DNA from: Lingula anatina
Lineage: Eukaryota > Animalia > Brachiopoda
DNA length: 64,000 nucleotides
Direction: 5' to 3'
NCBI GenBank assembly: GCA_051362555.1
Contig: CM120644.1
Location: 5,278,954 to 5,342,953 of the forward strand
A program made the position numbers and the translations under genes. This document shows, piece after piece, positions 1 to 14,895 of the stretch (within the stretch, counting starts at the first letter, position 1; every line of letters begins with the position of its first letter). Under the pieces are notes generated by a model. That model saw only the letters and a program-made list of their open reading frames with translations. It was not told the DNA's origin and made no database searches.

Positions 1-3000
1 CGAGAGTTATAACGGAGACCTGTACATCCGGGTACCTCTTACAAAGTTTGTAAAAACTTATAAACTGTTTGAAATGAAAGGAAACCATTTTGATGGCAGG
101 TGAGCACCAACGTCTGTTGACAATGCATGGTTTTATCTTTTATAGTTGGAAATTCAAAGATGATCGTTGCTGTGATTCAGATACTTAAAAACATTTTGAT
201 GACTAAGATTTGCAAAAACAGTATATTTTTGGTATTTTCTGTTGCTTAGGAAGCAGAACCTACATTCTGGGTAAAGAACACGTATTTCTGCGTTTTTTGA
301 TTCAGTAGCGTAAAAATATCATTGGTTACAATTTAAATGCCTTAGTAACTGCTTGACTTTAAATGTGCTGTTTTATATAGAAGATAGTAGCCAATGGTTT
401 AAACATTGTCAGACACTACCAAGAAACATTTGAATATTATTTGAATATTATCTTCAGAACGAATAATCCAGATTAACACATTCATATACTATCTGCATAT
501 GCCACATGTAAGGGTGTCTCGTTTAAAACATAAATTAGCCTTACAAACCATCTAACTTAAAGCATCGATACATTATTTTTGTTACAGAAAGTGCCTGGAA
601 TGGAATCCCTTTCCGCCATGTGTTTGGATGACGACACCTGCCATAAATAAAACAACACTTGATGACATTCCTTATAAGACAATTCCCCTATCACCCACTG
701 CTATAAAAATCACTACCACACCCACTGCAATAACATACACTACCACACCCACTGATATAACAAACACTAGCACACCCATTGCAATGACATACACTACCAC
801 ACCCACTGAAATGACAGACACTACCACACCCACTGATATAACAAACACTACCACACCCACAGATATAACAAACACTACCACACCCACACATATAACAAAC
901 ACTACCACACCCACTTCAATGACAAACACTACCACAGCCACTGATATAACAAACACTACCACATCAACTGATATAACAAATACTACCACAGCCACTGATA
1001 TAACAAATACTACCACATCCACTTATATAACAAACACTACCACACCCACTTATATCACAAACACTACCACACCCAATGGTATAACAAACACTACTACACA
1101 CACTGCAATAACATACACTACCACAGCCTTGGATATAACAAACACTACCACATCCACTTATATAACAAATACTACCACGCCCACTGATATAACAAAAACT
1201 ACCACACCCACTGCAATGACATACACTACCACAACCACTGCTGTAACAGACAGTACCACACCCATGAATATAACAGCCACTCCCACACCCACTGATATAA
1301 CAAACATTACCACATCCACTGATATAACAATTACTACCACACCCACTTATATAACAAACACTACCATACCCAATGGTATAAGAAACAGTGCTACACCCAC
1401 TGATATAACAAACACTACCATATCCACTGATATAACAAACACTACCACACCCACTGATATAACAAACACTACCACACCCACTACAATGACATACACTACC
1501 ACAGCCACTGATATAACATCCACTGATATAACAAATTCTACCACACCCCCTGCAATGACATACACTACCACAGCCACTAATATTACAAACACTACCACAC
1601 CCAATGGTATAACAAACACTACAACATCCACTGATATAACAAATACTACCACACCCACTACAATGACATACACTACCACATCCACGGATATAACTAACAC
1701 TACCACATCCACTGAATTAACAAATACTACCACACCCACTACAATGACATACACTACCACAGCCACTGATATAACAAACAATACCACATCCACTGATATA
1801 ACAAATACTACCACATCCACGGATATAACTAACACTACCACATCCACTGAATTAACAAATACTACCACACCCACTACAATGACATACACTACCACAGCCA
1901 CTGATATAACAAACACTACCACATCCACTGAATTAACAAATACTACCACACCCACTGCAATGACATACACTACCACTGCCACTGATATAACAAACACTAC
2001 CACATCCACTGAATTAACAAATACTACCACATCCACTGATATAACTAACACTACCACATCCACTGAATTAACAAATACTACCACACCCACTGCAGTGACA
2101 TACACTACCACAGCCACTGATATAACAAACACTACCACATCCACTGAATTAACAAATACTACCACATCCACGGATATAACTAACACTAACACTACCACAT
2201 CCACTGAATTAACAAATACTACCACACCCACTACAATGACATACACTACCACAGCCACTGATATAACAAACACTACCACATCCACTGAATTAACAAATAC
2301 TACCACAGCCACTACCATGACATACACTACCACAGCCACTGATATAACAAACACTACCACATCCACTGATATAACAAACACTACCACATCCACTGAATTA
2401 ACAAATACTACCACACCCACTGCAATGACATACACTACCACGGCCACTGATATAACAAACAATACCACATCCACTGATATAACAAATACAACCACATCCA
2501 CTGATATATCAAATACTACCACACCTACTGATATAACAAATACTACCACACCCACTACAATGACATACACTACCACAGCCACTGATATAACAAACACAAC
2601 CACATGCACTGATATATCAAATACTACCACATCCACTGATATAACAAATACTACCACACCCACTGCAATGACATACACTACCACGGCCACTGATATAACA
2701 AACAATACCACATCCACTGATATAACAAATACAACCACATCCACTGATATATCAAATACTACCACACCCACTGATATAACAAATACTACCACACCCACTG
2801 ATATAACAAATACTACCACACCCACTGCAATGACATACACTACCACAGCCACTGATATAACAAACACAACCACATCCACTAATATAACAAATACTACCAC
2901 ACCCACTGATATAACAAATACTACCACACCCACTGCAATGGCATACACTACCACGGCCACTGATATAACAAACACTACCACATCCACTGATATAACAAAT

Positions 3001-5736
3001 ACTACCACACCCACTGCAATGACATACACTACCACGGCCACTGATATAACAAACACTACCACAGCCACTGATATAACAAACACAACCACATCCACTGATA
3101 TAACAAACACTACCACATCCACTGAATTAACAAATACTACCACATCCACTGCAATGACATACACTACCACATCCACTGATATTACAAACACTACCACACC
3201 CACGAATATCACAACCACTCCCACACCCACTGATATAACAAACATTACCACTGAATTAACAAATACTACCACATCCACTGATATAACAAATACTACCACA
3301 CCCACTGCAATGACATACACTACCACACACAATGGTATAACAAACACTATAACATCCACTGATATAACAAATACTACCACACCCACTGCAATGACATACA
3401 CTACCACAACCAATGATATAACAAACACTACCACATCCACTGATATAACAAACACTACCACACCCACTACAATGACATACACTACCACAACCAATGATAT
3501 AACAAACACTTACACACCCACTGATATAACAAACACTACCACACCCACTACAATGACATACACTACCACAGCCACTGATATAACAAACACTACCACATCC
3601 ACTGAATTAACAAATACTACCACACCCACTATAATGACATACACTACCACAGCCACTGATATAACAAACACTACCACATCCACTGATATAACAAACACTA
3701 CCACATCCACTGAATTAACAAATACTACCACACCCAATGCAATGACATACACTACCACTGCCACTGATATAACAAACACTACCACATCCACTGATATAAC
3801 AAACACTATCACATCCACTGAATTAACAAATACTACCACACCCACTGCAATGACATACACTACCACGGCCACTGACATAACAAACACTACCACATCCACT
3901 GATTTAACAAATACTACAACGTCCACTGATATAACAAACACTACCACATCCACTGAATTAACAAATACTACCACACCCACTACAATGACATACACTACCA
4001 CAGCCACTGATATAACAAACACTACCACATCCACTGATATAACAAACACTACCACATCCACTGAATTAACAAATACTACCACACCCACTACAATGACATA
4101 CACTACCACAGCCACTGGTATAACAAACACTACCACGTCCACTGAATTAACAAATACTACCACACCCACTACAATGACTTACACTACCACATCCACTGAT
4201 ATAACAAACACTACCACATCCACTGAATTAACAAATACTACCACACCCACTACAATGACATACACTACCACAGCCACTGATATAACAAACACTACCACAT
4301 CCACTGATATAACAAACTCTACCACATCCACTACAATGACATACACTACCACAGCCACTGATATAACAAACACTACCACATCCACTGATATAACAAACAC
4401 TACCACATCCACTGAATTTACAAATACTACCACACCCACTGCAATGACATACACTACCACGGCCACTGATATAACAAACACTACCACAGCCACTGATATA
4501 ACAAACACAACCACATCCACTGATATAACAAACACTACCAAATCCACTGAATTAACAAATACTACCACACCCACTGCAATGACATACACTACCACATCCA
4601 CTGATGTAACAAACTCTACCACATCCACTACAATGACATACACTACCACAGCCACTGATATAACAAACACTACCACATCCACTGATATAACAAACACTAC
4701 CACATCCACTGAATTTACAAATACTACCACACCCACTGCAATGACATACACTACCACGGCCACTGATATAACAAACACTACCACAGCCACTGATATAACA
4801 AACACAACCACACCCACTGAAATAACAAACATTACCACATCCACTGATATAACAAATACTACAACACCCACTGCAATGACATACACTACCACAGCCACTA
4901 ATATTACAAACACAACCACACCCAATGGTATAACAAACACTACAACATCCACTGATATAACAAATACTACCACACCCACTACAATGACATACACTACCAC
5001 AGCCACTGATATAACATCCACTGATATAACAAATACTACCACACCCACTGCAATGACATACACTACCACAGCCAAAGATATAACAAACACTACCACATCC
5101 ACTGATATAACAAACACTACCACACCCACTGATATAACAAACACTACCACATCCACCGATAAAACAAACACTACCACACCCACTGATATAACAAATACTA
5201 CCACACCCACTACAATGGCATACACTACCACAGCCTTGGATATAACAAACATTACCACATCCACTGATATGAGAAATACTACCACACCCACTGATATAAC
5301 AAACACTACCACACCCATGAATATAACAACCACTACCACACCCACTGCAATGACAGACACTACCACACCCACTGATATAACAAACACTACCACATCCACT
5401 GATATAACAAACACTACCACACCCACTGATATAACAAACACTACTTCAGCCATGAATATAACAACCACTGCCACACCCACTGCTATAACAAACACTACCA
5501 CACCAACTGCAATGACAGACACTACCACACCCACTGATATAACAAACACTACCACACCCATGAATATAACAACCACTCTCACACCCACTGATATAACAAA
5601 CACTTACGCACCCATTGATATAACAAACACTTCCGAACCCATTAATATAACAAACACTACCACACCTGTCGATCGACCTCCAAGCACCGATTACTTATTT
5701 TCCGCCCAGAGACATTCTTCCAAGATAGCTGTGTAA
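1..5736 (+). CDS. Gene A (3' part): paralog of genes B/C with a giant Thr-rich mucin-like terminal exon and no VWD domain
   Basis: Exon <1-99 encodes ESYNGDLYIRVPLTKFVKTYKLFEMKGNHFDGR, homologous to exon 11 of B/C, and ends at donor GTGAGC (100). Acceptor gttacag precedes 588, where KCLEWNPFPPC (as in exon 12 of B/C) runs in frame into the 628-5736 ORF. The ATG at 628 is internal, not a start. Confidence 0.88.
700..5665 (+). repeat. Coding minisatellite, 27-nt unit (~ACCACATCCACTGATATAACAAACACT; TTSTDITNT / TTPTAMTYT / TTSTELTNT variants)
   Basis: Directly visible 9-codon tandem periodicity over ~5 kb with an open frame throughout. Confidence 0.97.
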
Positions 5737-6004
5737 TTCAAGAAAGACTTGCCGGTTATAATCTTCGTAATGAGTTGACTTTCAGCCATTGCAATGATTG
5801 AATGATTTATTGATGACTCTGAAGATGGAGCGCTAATTTTACTAAATAACTGCAAATATCACACAAATAAGTTCATAAAAAAATTGTTCTTCGTATAGCT
5901 AAATGAAACATATATTAAGCCGTATTGTTCTGTGGATAGTTAAACGTAACTTGACCTCGGACAAACACGGGATATCTCTTGACATTTTACCTGAAAATTA
6001 GATT

Positions 6005-6340
6005 GAAATATCGAAAGTGGGTTGTCTTATATACTATGACCAAAATATCAAGTGCGATACCTATAATCAAAGTGGGATAGCTTTATATTATCAAATATCA
6101 AAGTGGGATGGATTTGCACAGGGTATTATGTTACAAGATATCAAATTGGGATAGCTTTGCATAACATTATCAAAAATCAAAGTGGGACAGTTTCATATAA
6201 TATCATCAAAATTTCGAATTGGCAAAGTTTGATTTCATATCACTGTAATATCAAGTTTGATAGGTTTGTAATTCAAAAATCAAAATGGAAAAGGTTTGCA
6301 TAATGCTGATAGAATATCATCGTGGGATCACATGATATGA
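6005..6340 (+). repeat. Degenerate ~30-40 bp tandem repeat (AAATATCAAAGTGGGATAG core) downstream of gene A
   Basis: The core recurs several times here and again at ~25450-25720 and ~59250-59720, downstream of genes B and C. Confidence 0.7.
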
Positions 6341-6638
6341 TATGTTAAATTGAGAAAGATCGGTATGATATAAATGAAATATCCAGGTCGGATATATTTA
6401 GATGCTATCAATTCAATACAAATTATGAAATAAAGTGGTAATGGATAACTATTGACTCCAATATAAATTTTACTGACGCATGGGTTAAGAAAAGGTAACA
6501 TGATTGAAAATAATTTTCATCATAAATATGCTAGAGTCTCTTTTATAGAATTTTTTTCTAACTGATATATTGTCATTTGATATTTTAGGAAGAGCACTGC
6601 ATGGTTTCACTAATGTGGTTCTAGTGTCATTTATGTGG

Positions 6639-7018
6639 CACATGAAAAATCTATTTTCTAAAAATCAATTGGCGGTTTCTGACTCCTTGACGCATGCGCA
6701 GTAGTATCTCTAAGCTGTGGAGTTTATCAGTTTAGTTGTGACGACTCAAGCATACCGACGCGTAAAATGGCTAGTGGTAGTGCTTGTTGTTGCACAAAAT
6801 CGACAAACACATTTTTCAAAGCAACTGCGACCGCCATTTACTTTCTAACTTCCTACTGAGCATGCGTCATGGTATGAGAATCTCCTCCGAGCGCAGCCAA
6901 GAATTAATTACAGCTTTGGAAATAAATCGCTCGCGCTGCCAGTAATTACGCCGCGGGGTATTCACAAGATACCGCCAATAGATTTTTAGAAAGTATATTT
7001 TTCATGTGAACGAACCCT
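6639..7018. mobile_element. MITE-like insertion with inverted ends, left tip missing
   Basis: CACATGAAAAATCTATTTTCTAAAAATCAATTGGCGGT (6639) is inverted with ACCGCCAATAGATTTTTAGAAAGTATATTTTTCATGTG (6971-7008). The flanks are contiguous in the paralogous empty site at ~26020-26075. Confidence 0.7.
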
Positions 7019-7860
7019 TATACTAGTGCTTTAATCCGGCATTGGTACCGCTCACCTCATCGTGGTACTACTAATCGTACGATACCTTGCTTTAAAAATG
7101 ACAGTGCTAATTCGCAAGGAATCCCGGTTCATTTTCTCTCTGGGTGGCGCCAATCGATTTCCACAACTATAGATGTCGACCTTTTATATACTTTTGTATT
7201 CGTGAAATAACTGACCCTTTCTCGTTAATTGACATACATACAACACAACTGTAAAATAGAATCTCCGAGACTTTTAACAGATTTGCTGTATCAAATGTAC
7301 CACCTGTACCTTAATATTTCATAGGAAGCGAGAGTAGATTTCCTGTAACGCATAGACCAAGTCCACTAGTTTCCTACACGGCTGAAATAAAGTATTTTAG
7401 ACTTTAGATAAATGTTATTATTAAACCAAATTAATCACGTGGTGAGCTATAAAAAAGTTTTCAAACTTCAACTTCAAATTTTTCGACATAAATTTGACTT
7501 ATATGTCCTCTAGTTCGTAAAAGTCCGCCAAATAACGCAGTTATGTGTGACGAAGTTGTTGTCTTTATCTTTTGCTGATGTTATGAGAGCTTATGGTCTT
7601 TCTTATTATTTATTAACTATCTTCCAGTTGTTACATGCGCCGCTTCCATCATTCCTATTTCTACCTCATGCAAGTTCTAGCAGCCTTCCCCCCCCCCCCC
7701 CCGTTTACATTACGCGCAGTTTTATAAATACCACAAGAGCATGCCAATCAACTCAAATCACTCTACAAAACACTTCCCGCTCCGTGTCTATTACTAACAT
7801 TACATATGTATGACTACATTAATGCTACCCGAGCAATAACGCAATTATTCAAATAAATTG

Positions 7861-8774
7861 CCGATGTAACATGAAAAATTGACTCCCATAAAAATCTGAC
7901 TCCCCCAGACAAAATTTCATAATGAAAATCTGCCCCCCCCCCCCATGAAATTTTGACTCCCCACTCATAAGACTTTATAAATCTTATTTCATTTGAGTAC
8001 ATAACTTTTATCTTGTAGTATGCATAATGGAAGATACATTGGCACTTTTTTTTGAAAATTTTCATGAGAAAATAAGAGAATTAAAAATGTTTGTTTTTTC
8101 CACCCAATGACTCCTATGAAAAGGCCATGGGAGTCCAAATCCTACAGATAGTAAAATGAATACTTGTTTCAAAAATTATCAATTTTCATCAAAGTTATCA
8201 CCACCAAACTTTCAAATATTAACAAAATATATGTCACAATGCAAACCACAGGGAAATAAATGGTATGGTGACTAAAAACAAAATAGGTCCTTTTCTTCAT
8301 GGGAGTCCATATCCCAATGGGTATGAATATGAAGATTTTTCATGATTTTTTTTTCATTTTTTGCATCCAATATTTTACCACCAAACTTTCAAATATTTTC
8401 AAAATATTCTTCATAAAGTATAATAAAGGGAAAGATGTTGAAATGATCACCAAATATCAAATAAATAGCTTTTTTTATAGATGAGTCATTGGGTGGTAAA
8501 ATATACATTTTTTAATTTTCTTATGTTCTCATTAAAATTTTTACCTGCAAACTAACAAAAAGTTCCAATATATCATCCGCTATGCATACTACAATGTTAA
8601 AGTCATATACTCAAATAAAATAAGATTCCTATAAAGTTTTATAAGGGGAGTCAAATTTTAATGGGGGGAGTCACATTTTCATTATAAATGTTTGAATGGG
8701 GAGTTACATTTTCATTATGGAAATCTGACTGGGGAGTCAAATTTTGGGGGAGTCAGATTTTCATGGTACACCGG
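7861..8774. mobile_element. Non-autonomous DNA transposon with CCG(A/G)TGTA...TACACCGG termini and GACTCCCC subterminal repeats
   Basis: Left CCGATGTAACATGAAAAATTGACTCCC is inverted with right GGGGAGTCAGATTTTCATGGTACACCGG. Imperfect inverted symmetry continues for several hundred bp. No clear TSD. Confidence 0.75.
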
Positions 8775-8991
8775 AAATGCCCCAGAGTAATATATAGGAC
8801 AGAAAGAAAGCATATAATATTCCTTCAAATACCATTTTATGTAAAACGAAGCCTCTTAATATTTCTGTAAGTTATGCTATTTGAAGTTATGTGGTGTCAA
8901 TAGGGCGAGATTTGCAGCACAAATATTGCTTTAATGCATTTTTAAGATGCATGTGAAGCGAAAGTGAATATCCTGTAATGTATACAAATTA

Positions 8992-10326
8992 CAGACTTTA
9001 CATTTAATATGGAATATTTTTTCCAAATCATATTTCTTCAGTTTTTTCCCATTTTGCTGACTGATAAATAAATAAATAAATAAATAAATAAGGATTAAAA
9101 TTTTGTTTTAATGATCATATTCGCCAGTGAAGCAAACAAAAATACATTGCCTATTCTATGTCATACGAAAACCATTAAAAGAGATATTTTGGATATCCAT
9201 ATATTCCAAATGATCAGTTGTGAAACAAATTACACGCTCCACAAAGGACAGCAACGTTGTTTTGCCTGACCTCTTCCGGTTGCTACCAGCGCTCTCAAGC
9301 GGCAAGGCATTCCTTGGGATAGTTCAGTCTTGAATGACATTCCAGGCATCAGTCAAAACTTGTCCAACTTGGTTCAGTTTTGTTGTAGGACACGTAGGCC
9401 GTTGATTGGGTTAGTAATTGCCTACCCACACATTGTCTATGTGGTTCAACTATGGCTATTTTGATGACCAAGGTATTTGCTCATTCCCTTGGTTCTGTAA
9501 GGTATCGGCTATTAAAAGTGATCTGTGTGAACCGGCAATCTCAACGTACAACCTAAAATTGTCGGCTTCTTTCTTCTGGATGTCTGTAAACTCTGTTTTG
9601 ACTAGTTTAGCGGTACAGGTGAAATCTGACCTCAGTAAAGAAAGCCAATATTCTACCCGGAAACGGCCATGGTCCCCAATTCATCAGAGAAACAGACGTC
9701 GATGTTTTGCTGTTTACAGTGGGTTCCTCGGAGGGCGTCTGATATTATGACCTGCAAAAACCACTTTGGTGTTCGTTTAGGGCCTTGAAAAACGCGTTTT
9801 GGTGGCAATTTACCCCTCATTCTGAACGGACGGATGGGTTTTGTTTAGTTGCAGCAGCATATCCCGAAAAACAGTGGGTCCTGTACCCTGGTGGTAAGAT
9901 TTCGTTACACTGGGCGTGGTCTCTGTGTAGGTACACCACTCTGGGCATTACTCTATAAAACTGTGCGGCCAGTTCCGTTTGGCACAATAATCTGTCTGGC
10001 AGTCTTTCATTTTCGCGCTATTCAGCCAGAGATTAATAAATTTGTAAATCACTGCTTATTTCACTTTACGCAGAGCAAGGCCGACTGCTTGCATGCAAAC
10101 TTTTTAAAATTCTTTTATGCAGTAGTTATATGGATGCTTTTTTGACAGAATTATGATTTGCCAAAGCCAAGCTCTGAACAGCCCAAGGGAGCACTACCCA
10201 ATTAAATCACTGCATATTACATAATGTGGTAGCGACACACCTGACTACATTCTTCTCCATTAATTCACATATCTCACCTAGGCATACCTCTGAAACTGAA
10301 ATATTCCATATTAAATGTCAAGTGTG
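8992..10326 (-). mobile_element. Degenerate Tc1/mariner element (family 1, copy 1)
   Basis: TA-flanked TIRs CAGACTTTACATTTAATATGGAATATT / AATATTCCATATTAAATGTCAAGTGTG. The minus strand carries a decayed 'PWSSK*P*LNHIDNVW' (Tc1 WPxxSPDLNPIENxW) and an 'FTEVRFHLY' (FSDESRF-like) motif. Confidence 0.85.
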
Positions 10327-10594
10327 TATAAGTACATGTAGCCGGTTTTAAAACGAAACACATTAAATTCCACATGCGAAAAGTTTTCTCCAGGACAGCG
10401 AAACTGCACCTCCTACAAATTTCTAGTAATAAATTTGTTTCAAAGCAGCCTACATAATTAAACAAGTGCAGCAAAGCGTGCAGGGCATCAAGTAAAGAGC
10501 GGATAGGTGGCAGTCGCATAACAATCTATGGGGAAATAGCCTCGAGTTTTTGTCACCCTCAAGGGTACACAATCGGCACCTTGTTGTTGACTTC

Positions 10595-10719
10595 TCTTGA
10601 CAGACACTAATATGCATTATAAAGACACGTAGATACTTGAACGTAGTATTTGTGCAACTTAGTTTTGCAGAATTAACGCTACAAGAAGGAGCCCGGTATC
10701 AACTTGTTAAATAATTTAG
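10595..10719 (+). promoter_or_regulatory. Putative core promoter/5'UTR of gene B (TATAAA at 10618)
   Basis: TATAAA lies ~100 nt upstream of the ATG. The block GACACGTA..AACGTAGTATTTGTGCAACT is conserved upstream of gene C (~43675-43710). Confidence 0.45.
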
Positions 10720-11829
10720 ATGATCGCCATCACTTGCAAACACCGAAAGATGCTTTCCTATCTATGGGTAAGTCAAATAGAAATTAAAATACACTTAAGC
10801 CTAGATTACTTTAGAGAAGCGATTGGATTCAATGCTTTCGTAGAATTTTAAGATTTGTCAAGCTAATTTTTTGAAAAATGAAAAAGAAATTATTCCGTAG
10901 GCCGTAGCATTGTTGTAGACGGCATCGCAGTACCCGCAAAGGCATTGTTCGGAGGACTTGCGGTAAATGGTTGAACCTGTTGTTGGTCTCTATCCCTTTC
11001 ACCTGTGGTGGTTTCAAGAGGCACAAGAATAGTGAAGATATTACAATTTTAGAGTAGTTCATTCGTATAACTTTGAAGTTTTGATTTTTTTTACTCTGAC
11101 CCCAATGGTGCTTAGGGGGCTTCACCGTCAATGTATCGATCGTGTGGCAACTATATTTAGTTATACACAGGGATCTCCGCGCGATCACTATTGAACCGAC
11201 CACCAATTTTCCCCTACGTGGCCATGGGGTCATGTCGTAGAAGTGGCACGTAATGTAAAGCTAATGGCCGAAGCTCGCAGATACTTACGGTGTCAAAAAT
11301 TGTACGGACATCGTATACGAGTAAATCGTGCGGCGCTTGTCGCAAAAGTAAGGATGTGATGGGTCCTTTGTTAAATGTTTTAAGACAATGTTTGATAATA
11401 AAAAAAGCACATTACTGAAATTGTGATATATGTATCACAAAAGTTCAGAGTTAGGTTTCGGGGCGTTCAGTGGGGAATTTAAACAAAAAAGGACTTTACT
11501 TCAAGACCCTTATGAAACACGGATAATTAAATCAAGTTGAACTCTGCCAGTAAACATATTTACTGCATAACTTTCAATAAATTACATACAATGACGTTTA
11601 AATCATTCTAGGGATAAGTGCAATTGTTATGGAACATTTTTTTCATCGCGTAAAACTGTCGTTAGGCACTAACTCGGGAAACTAAACTAGAGCTTGTTGT
11701 AAACTAGTGCCACTGTATAACCAATGGTCATAAGAAATAAAACTCTGAATGCAAAATAAAAATTTTTGAAAAATACGAATATTATATCAGAATTGCTTAC
11801 AATGTAACTTGTTTTAAAAAGATGGTCCA

Positions 11830-11876
<47 letters not shown>

Positions 11877-14821
11877 TAATGTTTATTTGCAACTAAAATG
11901 GTTGGATTGTACAATATATAAATTATCAGTATTAAAATCCAACAAATGAGGATAAGAATAAGAATGAAATTCTAAATCAGCTTTAAATTTAAACAAAATA
12001 TCTGGTACTATGAAAATATTAAAAAATACGTTTAAGTTAAGATGAACTTTTAAACATATGCATGTAGCGTTGATCGTTTTGAAATAAAAATAAGAGATAG
12101 GCGCTAATTCTGGAAACACGCATGTTCTCCTGAGGCATTACGTACATTAAAACGAGTAGACATGTGGTTGAATTGTATACAGGGATAATTGGGAAAACCC
12201 TGTATTGTATGTCCGATATGGAAAATAGACAAAGCAATCAACGCAACAATATATTCTGGTATGTACTCGGCTGTTTCACAATCAGGGATACAAAATAGGG
12301 GTCACATTAAGAGAAAAATGAACTCTTATGCGTTTGTTTAATTTTGTAACAGATAAAAAGAATAACATCTATGCATGATATCTACAATTTTTAGAGCACA
12401 ATATTGTGCTACGCTCAAATTAACAGAACGCCCCTTAGACTATTATCTGGGAGTACGAAAACTACACATTCAAGTAACTGATGCTTTTGTAACTGAAATG
12501 TCATATTGTTTACCAGTTATTTTTGCCAAAATTCTAAAAAAAATATCAAACTAAAGATATAACAGCAGTACTTTAACCAAAAGGATACAAGTACATGTAT
12601 TAATCAAAGAGTTTTTTAGAGAAACACCACAGCACGTTTTTCAGTGGATGCTGGAGCTTGGTTGTGTGTCATTCAGTTTGACTTTAATTCACCAGACTTT
12701 AATTTTAACTTTTCTTTCTGTTGCTTGACATTTTTTATTTATTCATTTTTTTTTTTGTTTGTTTGTTTTAGTCTTGATTCCTGTTTTTGGAGTCTTTTCT
12801 TCTTTTTCATCTCTTGTTAATTTGCACCTCTTGTTCTACTGTTTTCAGGGTTGTTGGGTTTCTGCTTCTCCTTAACTCTCTGTCAGAATGCCCTAATTTC
12901 TTCCCTTTACTTTAGTCTTTCTTGCTGGGCCAGCCTAGGATGATTCTTCATTTTTTTGCTTCTCTTCTATGTTACGTTCACTCAACGTATAACGTCTTCC
13001 TTACGTGCTTCAGCAAGATTATCTTTACGGATATTAGCTCTTTGACTTTTTTTCAAATTATTTTTTGCTGAAAGTAAAATTTTCAGGATCCCTTTTTCTT
13101 TTCCTATTTGGCTTGTTTATTGTCATCCATATTTGATACTTCATTCACTGATAGTATTATAAATGTACTGTTAATTATGCATGTATTGAAGTGTTCGTAC
13201 CGCCTCAAAATATATCATATACATTAATCCATAGAATATTAATCCATATACAGTTTATTATTTTGCAATAAGCTATATTTGGCAATATATTCAAACCAAT
13301 ATTGTTCATTTTGAATACAAGGAGTAGCATCTTTACTGATATTATTTCTTTGCAAAATCTCTTGCCTGACTCTAATTAATCAGTATCACTTTATCGAATA
13401 TATATTTATATACAATGTTTTTTCTAAACATCACAAGACATGAATGCATTTTATATAGTCTAAAACAATATTTTGTACCATATTTTGATGTTTTATCATC
13501 ATTGATAAGTAGCCAGTTATCCAATGGTTAATGTATAACTTGGGGGTACGGACACTACAATGGAGGTACGGACACTACATTTGGCACCAAATTCTTGCAT
13601 ATCTTTTCATAATAAGGGGTTATGTGCTATTACTTCCTGCAAATTAAATGTCAGTGTAGACATTATAGAATAATAAAATCAGACAGGATATGCTGTGATT
13701 CCTAAATAAAACAGATGGGGGGGGGGGGGGTACGGACACTACAAAAAGTAGGAGACACCAAGGGGCTCATGATTATAAATACCACAGCATTAATAATAAT
13801 GGTTAAATATGCACAACTCCTTTATAATGTTTAAGTCATAACATGGAAAATTCATCTTATTATCACGTAGGAGATTTCAAAGTAATATTTGGCTTTATCA
13901 AATATGTTTTTCATTGCATTAACAAAAATAAGTGAAATGTGTATCAAAGCCCGTTTCTGCAAAATGGTTAAAATATTTTTTTTTTCTCAGAACATATCTT
14001 TGGATCCCCTGCTAGAAGAGAAGACAGATGTTGTGGGAATTATATACCAATATCATATTCACCATAAATCATTGACATGAAGAGCTAGCGCATCATCTTT
14101 ATGACCTTAATTGCAAATGACCCACCGTAACAGCTAAAAATAGGTACTTTTTGAACACATAATTGGCTATATTTTTGTAAATTGTAATGCGATTATTATA
14201 ATTCGTTTTTATTTTGCTCCTATGAACAGTGTCTTTGATAACTATCAGCAATCTCCAATCATAAATTGTTAATTTATCAGACACTTGTAACATTAACCAC
14301 ATTTAATTGTTCACCCTGATTGTGAAACAGCCGACTGTAAGTGAATTACGCGCACGAAGGAAATCCAAAAGAGATCTAGACTTTGGAATAACGTATTTTT
14401 CCAACGGATTGCACTTTCAAGAGTAATTTACATAAAATATGCTAATTTAGGGGATGTACAATGGTGAAAGCTGGTACTTTGCACGGACTCCATTAATTAT
14501 AAAGAGACATAAACCTGAGGGTTGTTAAGGCGGCTGAATCCGATGCTGAAAAATATGTTGAATCTGAATAGCCCTGTGGCACCCAGGGATAAAGAGTTCA
14601 TGAGGAACTAACCGAGTATTTTGAGCACCGCTTGTGGTTTAAAAAAAAAAACGACTTCGGAAAACATGGAATATAAATAGAGATACTTTAAGTTATGAAA
14701 ATTTGGGGTCATTTTCGTGAACTCATGTATCATAAACATGCAAATATTTAGCAACATAATGCAGTTCAGACAAATTAAGGCTAATCAGTGATGTTATATT
14801 GGCTAGTTCGTTTTATTATTG

Positions 14822-14895
<74 letters not shown>

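Noticed and set aside
672-5603. Long Val/Ile-rich minus-strand ORFs (up to 720 aa)
   Set aside because: Antisense shadows of the Thr-codon repeat; the + frame is spliced to conserved paralogous exons.
700-5665. CRISPR-like array
   Set aside because: Units are contiguous coding repeats with no unique spacers, there are no cas genes, and the context is eukaryotic.
628-5736. Stand-alone single-exon 1702-aa gene starting at ATG 628
   Set aside because: No signal peptide; the frame extends back to the acceptor at 588 and matches exon 12 of genes B/C.
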